Origin: Haliotis cracherodii
Lineage: Eukaryota
DNA length: 64,000 nt
Assembly (NCBI RefSeq): GCF_022045235.1
Contig: NW_027266267.1
Location: 2,232,001-2,296,000 of the forward strand
Direction of reading: 5' to 3'
Each line of letters opens with the position of its first letter. The first letter of the stretch is position 1. This document shows positions 60,718 through 64,000 of this stretch, piece by piece. The notes under the pieces are model-generated. The model saw only the letters and a program-made list of their open reading frames with translations, had not been told where the DNA came from and did no database searches. Position numbers and translations under genes: made by a program.

Positions 60718-60990
60718 GATTGGTTAGTGGGTTTGTTGTTTAACGCCGCACTCAACAATATTCCAGCTAAATGACGGCGGTCTGTAAATAATCGAGTCTG
60801 GACCAGACAATCCAGAGATTAATATCATGAGCATCGATCCACGCAGTTGGAATCGATGACATACATCAACCAAGTCAGCGAGCCTTGACCACTCGATCCC
60901 GTTAGTCGCCTTTTACAAGAAGCATAGTCGCCTTTTACAGCAAGTATGGGTTGCTGATGACCTATTCTACCCCGGCGTCTTCACCGGCCT
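60718..60990 (-). mobile_element. V-domain-type SINE (family D)
   Basis: Reverse-complement match to 63644-63912. Confidence 0.82.
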
Positions 60991-61517
60991 TCTATTTTGA
61001 TGATGGTGGATATCAGATTTAGATACCTTACCTTTGATATTTTAATCAAAACAAGCATTCTTTTCCTGCTGTTTATGGTATTTTTTTGGACGCAGGATAT
61101 GACTTATTATTTGTCACTTTTTGTGGCACATGACAACAGTCTTTTGTCAATTAAACACGTCTTCGTGCAATATTGTCTTTCGCACTTTTAACAGATGCAC
61201 TCAATTTGATGCATGAGCTTTTTGATGCAAGTGGTGATCCTTACCAAACGTTTAGTAGTATAATTGATTTCATTCACGAGATAGCAACATCTTTTGGATA
61301 CGTACATGTAGTAGATCCAGAAATTAACATCTTAAATATATATGTATAAAATTATTGTCAAAGTGTTGAAGATAAAATGTCAAGGTCACTCCTTTTGGAA
61401 TAAGTATTAACACATGATCAGTAGTATGTTTTGTTGTTTGTGATGGTCATTACAGTATACTATAGAGTCTGTTCTTGTGTAATTCCGCCTGTACCGATTA
61501 AATGTATCGTGTTTCAT

Positions 61518-61834
61518 CCCTGTCCTACCACCTGGTGCTGACTCACCTGGATGAGTGTGACCCGCAGTTCAAGGACCCAGATAATCTCCCCAACCTGTAC
61601 AATTCACCTCGAGTACAGGAAGCAGTGAAGAACATGTCAGAACAAACTGGCATTCCACCATACTCCATCAGTTACGTCAAGAATTATGTGACGGAAACAG
61701 AAACAGACACCAAGACCAAGCTGCTTCACTTGAAAGCTCTTGACAGAATCCTCACCTCTGCAGCTGAACAAGTGGAGAAGTTGATAGATTCAAAACTTCA
61801 GGCGAGCATGTATGATGATGCCCCTGACGCCTAG
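61518..61834 (+). pseudogene. Orphan paralogous last exon of an IFI44-like gene, splice acceptor mutated
   Basis: Peptide closely parallels 18579-18236; tttcag has become tttcat at 61517; no upstream GTPase exons recognised on the plus strand. Confidence 0.78.
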
Positions 61835-63643
61835 GAGAGGAAGCTGCATCTGCCGGCCGAGATATGTTGTCCGCCGTGGTTTATATGTCGGCCCAGCGAA
61901 TGTCAAACCATGCTCTGTTGTGTAAATAGAGGCGCTCGCGCATTATATTCATTAGTGTTCTTCACCATGGACATCATGGTGTCTTGAAATATTAAATAAA
62001 AACGAATACGTGCATGGCAGAAGAAAAAGGAAACAACATATTGATATTTTCAATCTTTAAACATCAAAAGACAGTTGTGAATACAAAACTCCGGCCAAAC
62101 ACATATAATTACGAAAGGATGTGATGTTTGTGACAAAACATTCTAAACTCTGGAGTACATCAAATGTAAATAGATAAACAGTTTGTTACGTTACAGAACT
62201 ACTATGCGTTATAAAATAAATCACCAGTTTGACCATTCAGGCATTTTAAGACACAATAAACAACACTTCGACAACCAGTAGATAGACTAATCTGATGAGA
62301 GCAGTATTTGTAGGTTGTGACGTCTTGTGGTGATTTGTAGTTCTGCTTCAGTCAGTGTTCTCGTGCATGCGTATAAAATAGATGTGCACCATTTAGATTA
62401 TTTACGCTCTCTGCAACATATTCTTATGATATGCATTTACACCTTATTCATTATGGCCAAACTTCTTAAGACATCGGACCGAACGAAAGCAGTTTCAGAA
62501 GAATGGAGATACCCTGTCCGATGTCACATGCGTTTTCGGCTCCTCTTTATTACACCTCGACCTACAACTTTCGGAGTATGAATGAAGTATATGGATTCTT
62601 TTCTAATCAGGGTTCAAGTTTCCATGCAAAGTTTGCTTTAATATTTTGATTTTCTGAAACATCATAACAATTTTTCGTTCTTTTTAACTTAGAACGTCAT
62701 TTCTGTACCAATTTGAGAACTGTAGTGAAAGTTTGGTTTCGATAAGGGAATTTTCTACGAAAATGTTTTGTACTTTGAAACACGTTGGAGTCGAAGTCGG
62801 GGTTACTAGTGAGCCTTTCCCCTTGATCCTAATGGTAGCCACGAATGCTGTATAATGTGTTCATGTATTAATGTTTAATGTATTAATGTTTAATGTGACA
62901 CTATTCATAAAAGATGAGTGTACTCCAAAAGTCTTCTTTCTTCATGTCACATGCTTTCTTGTTATAATCATATTATGTATTGCTGTAGTTTGTCGTGTGG
63001 GCTTGGTGTATACTTGTTCTTTCAATAAATACCATTAGAAAAATGTGTGATACGTGTTGTACATCAACACACGCGGGAAATTATTTGCAGGCGTTTCCTT
63101 CCGAGTTGCAAATATTTGAAAAAAAATGGAACAGGGGAATTAGGGAATTCCATTGAGATCATTTTGGTCATTGATGGAACAATGATTTAAAATTCTTAGA
63201 CATGACCATAAGTAAACATTGTGAAAGCTTTACTTAAGCCATCGTTGTTTTAGACGATGCTGCAGTGGAAGCCAGTCTTTATACTCCAGCAAATACATCA
63301 CGAATAGCTACATTTGTCTACCTAAAAGAAATGTCCAGCTGATTCGGCTCAGGACAGAACATTGGAGAGACATTACCAGATTTGCCCATAAGCCACCACC
63401 TGGCATGGGACTCTAGGCAATATTTAGATTTGCATAAGTTGATTTATGTAATTACATCAACAAAATGGCTTAATATGATATCTCTAACGTGAAAGCTTCC
63501 CATGCACTGGGCATTTCTGTGACCAGCTGATTGATAGAATCTCTTCATTTATTGCTTCAGAATGTATTAATTATGTAACAGCAGCGACCTTGAAAGTTAC
63601 TGTAATTGGTATATAATTCGACCTCACTGATTCCCTAGCAACG

Positions 63644-63912
63644 GACCCGTGAAGATTCCGGGGTAGAATAGGTCTTCAGTACCCCATGCTTGCCGCAAAA
63701 GGCCACTATGCTTGTCGTAAAAGGCGACTAACGGGATCGTGTGGTCAGGCTCGCTGACTTGGTTGATGCATGTCATCAATTCCAATTGCCTGGATCGATG
63801 TTCATGATTTCAATCACTGGATTGTCTGGTCCAGATTAGATTATTTACAAACCGCCGTCATATAGCTGGAATATTGCTGAGTGTGGTGTTAAACAACCAA
63901 CCGACAAACCAA
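63644..63912 (+). mobile_element. V-domain-type SINE (family D) without tRNA head, 11-bp TSD
   Basis: GACCCGTGAAG...GGTAGAATAGGTCTTCAG...CTTGTCGTAAAAGGCGACTAACGGGA; (AACC)n tail; TSD CCCTAGCAACG at 63633-63643 and 63913-63923. Confidence 0.85.
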
Positions 63913-64000
63913 CCCTAGCAACGACAAACACATGCAATATTTAGTATCATGATCGAGTATTATTCACAGACCCACAATAAATCACAAAAGTAATGATTCC

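Overview
Eukaryotic, repeat-rich genomic DNA, probably molluscan; an abalone-like origin is inferred from the SINE families and ankyrin style. (1) About 1.6-14.6 kb is a defective endogenous Polinton/Maverick (adintovirus-like) element with all genes on the minus strand: ZnF-pPolB carrying one in-frame stop, two spliced Cys/His-motif paralogues, an rve integrase with chromodomain, a short minor capsid protein, a major-capsid N-terminus joined by a microhomology deletion to the protease C-terminus, a packaging ATPase, a captured single-BIR IAP and two conserved Polinton ORFs. Only one terminus is visible (5'-AGTAGT on the minus strand, ending at 14555). (2) A cluster of innate-immunity-type host genes: a spliced IFI44-like P-loop GTPase (18236-21480), an inverted orphan copy of its last exon (61.5 kb), and an unusual split Schlafen locus. 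In that locus a stand-alone Schlafen core ORF (41892-40840) is followed 48 nt later, in frame, by a predicted 7-exon gene of acidic N-terminus, duplicated mini-exons, Schlafen middle domain and ankyrin repeats (40791-32862). (3) Many transposable elements: two Tc1 copies, a full-length TSD-flanked CR1/L2-group LINE with a 2A (StopGo) motif, a decayed relative of it, Penelope-like and DIRS remnants, four SINE families, an unclassified TIR element, minisatellites and a 5-kb (GGGATR)n array. All calls come from reading motifs by eye; no database search was run.
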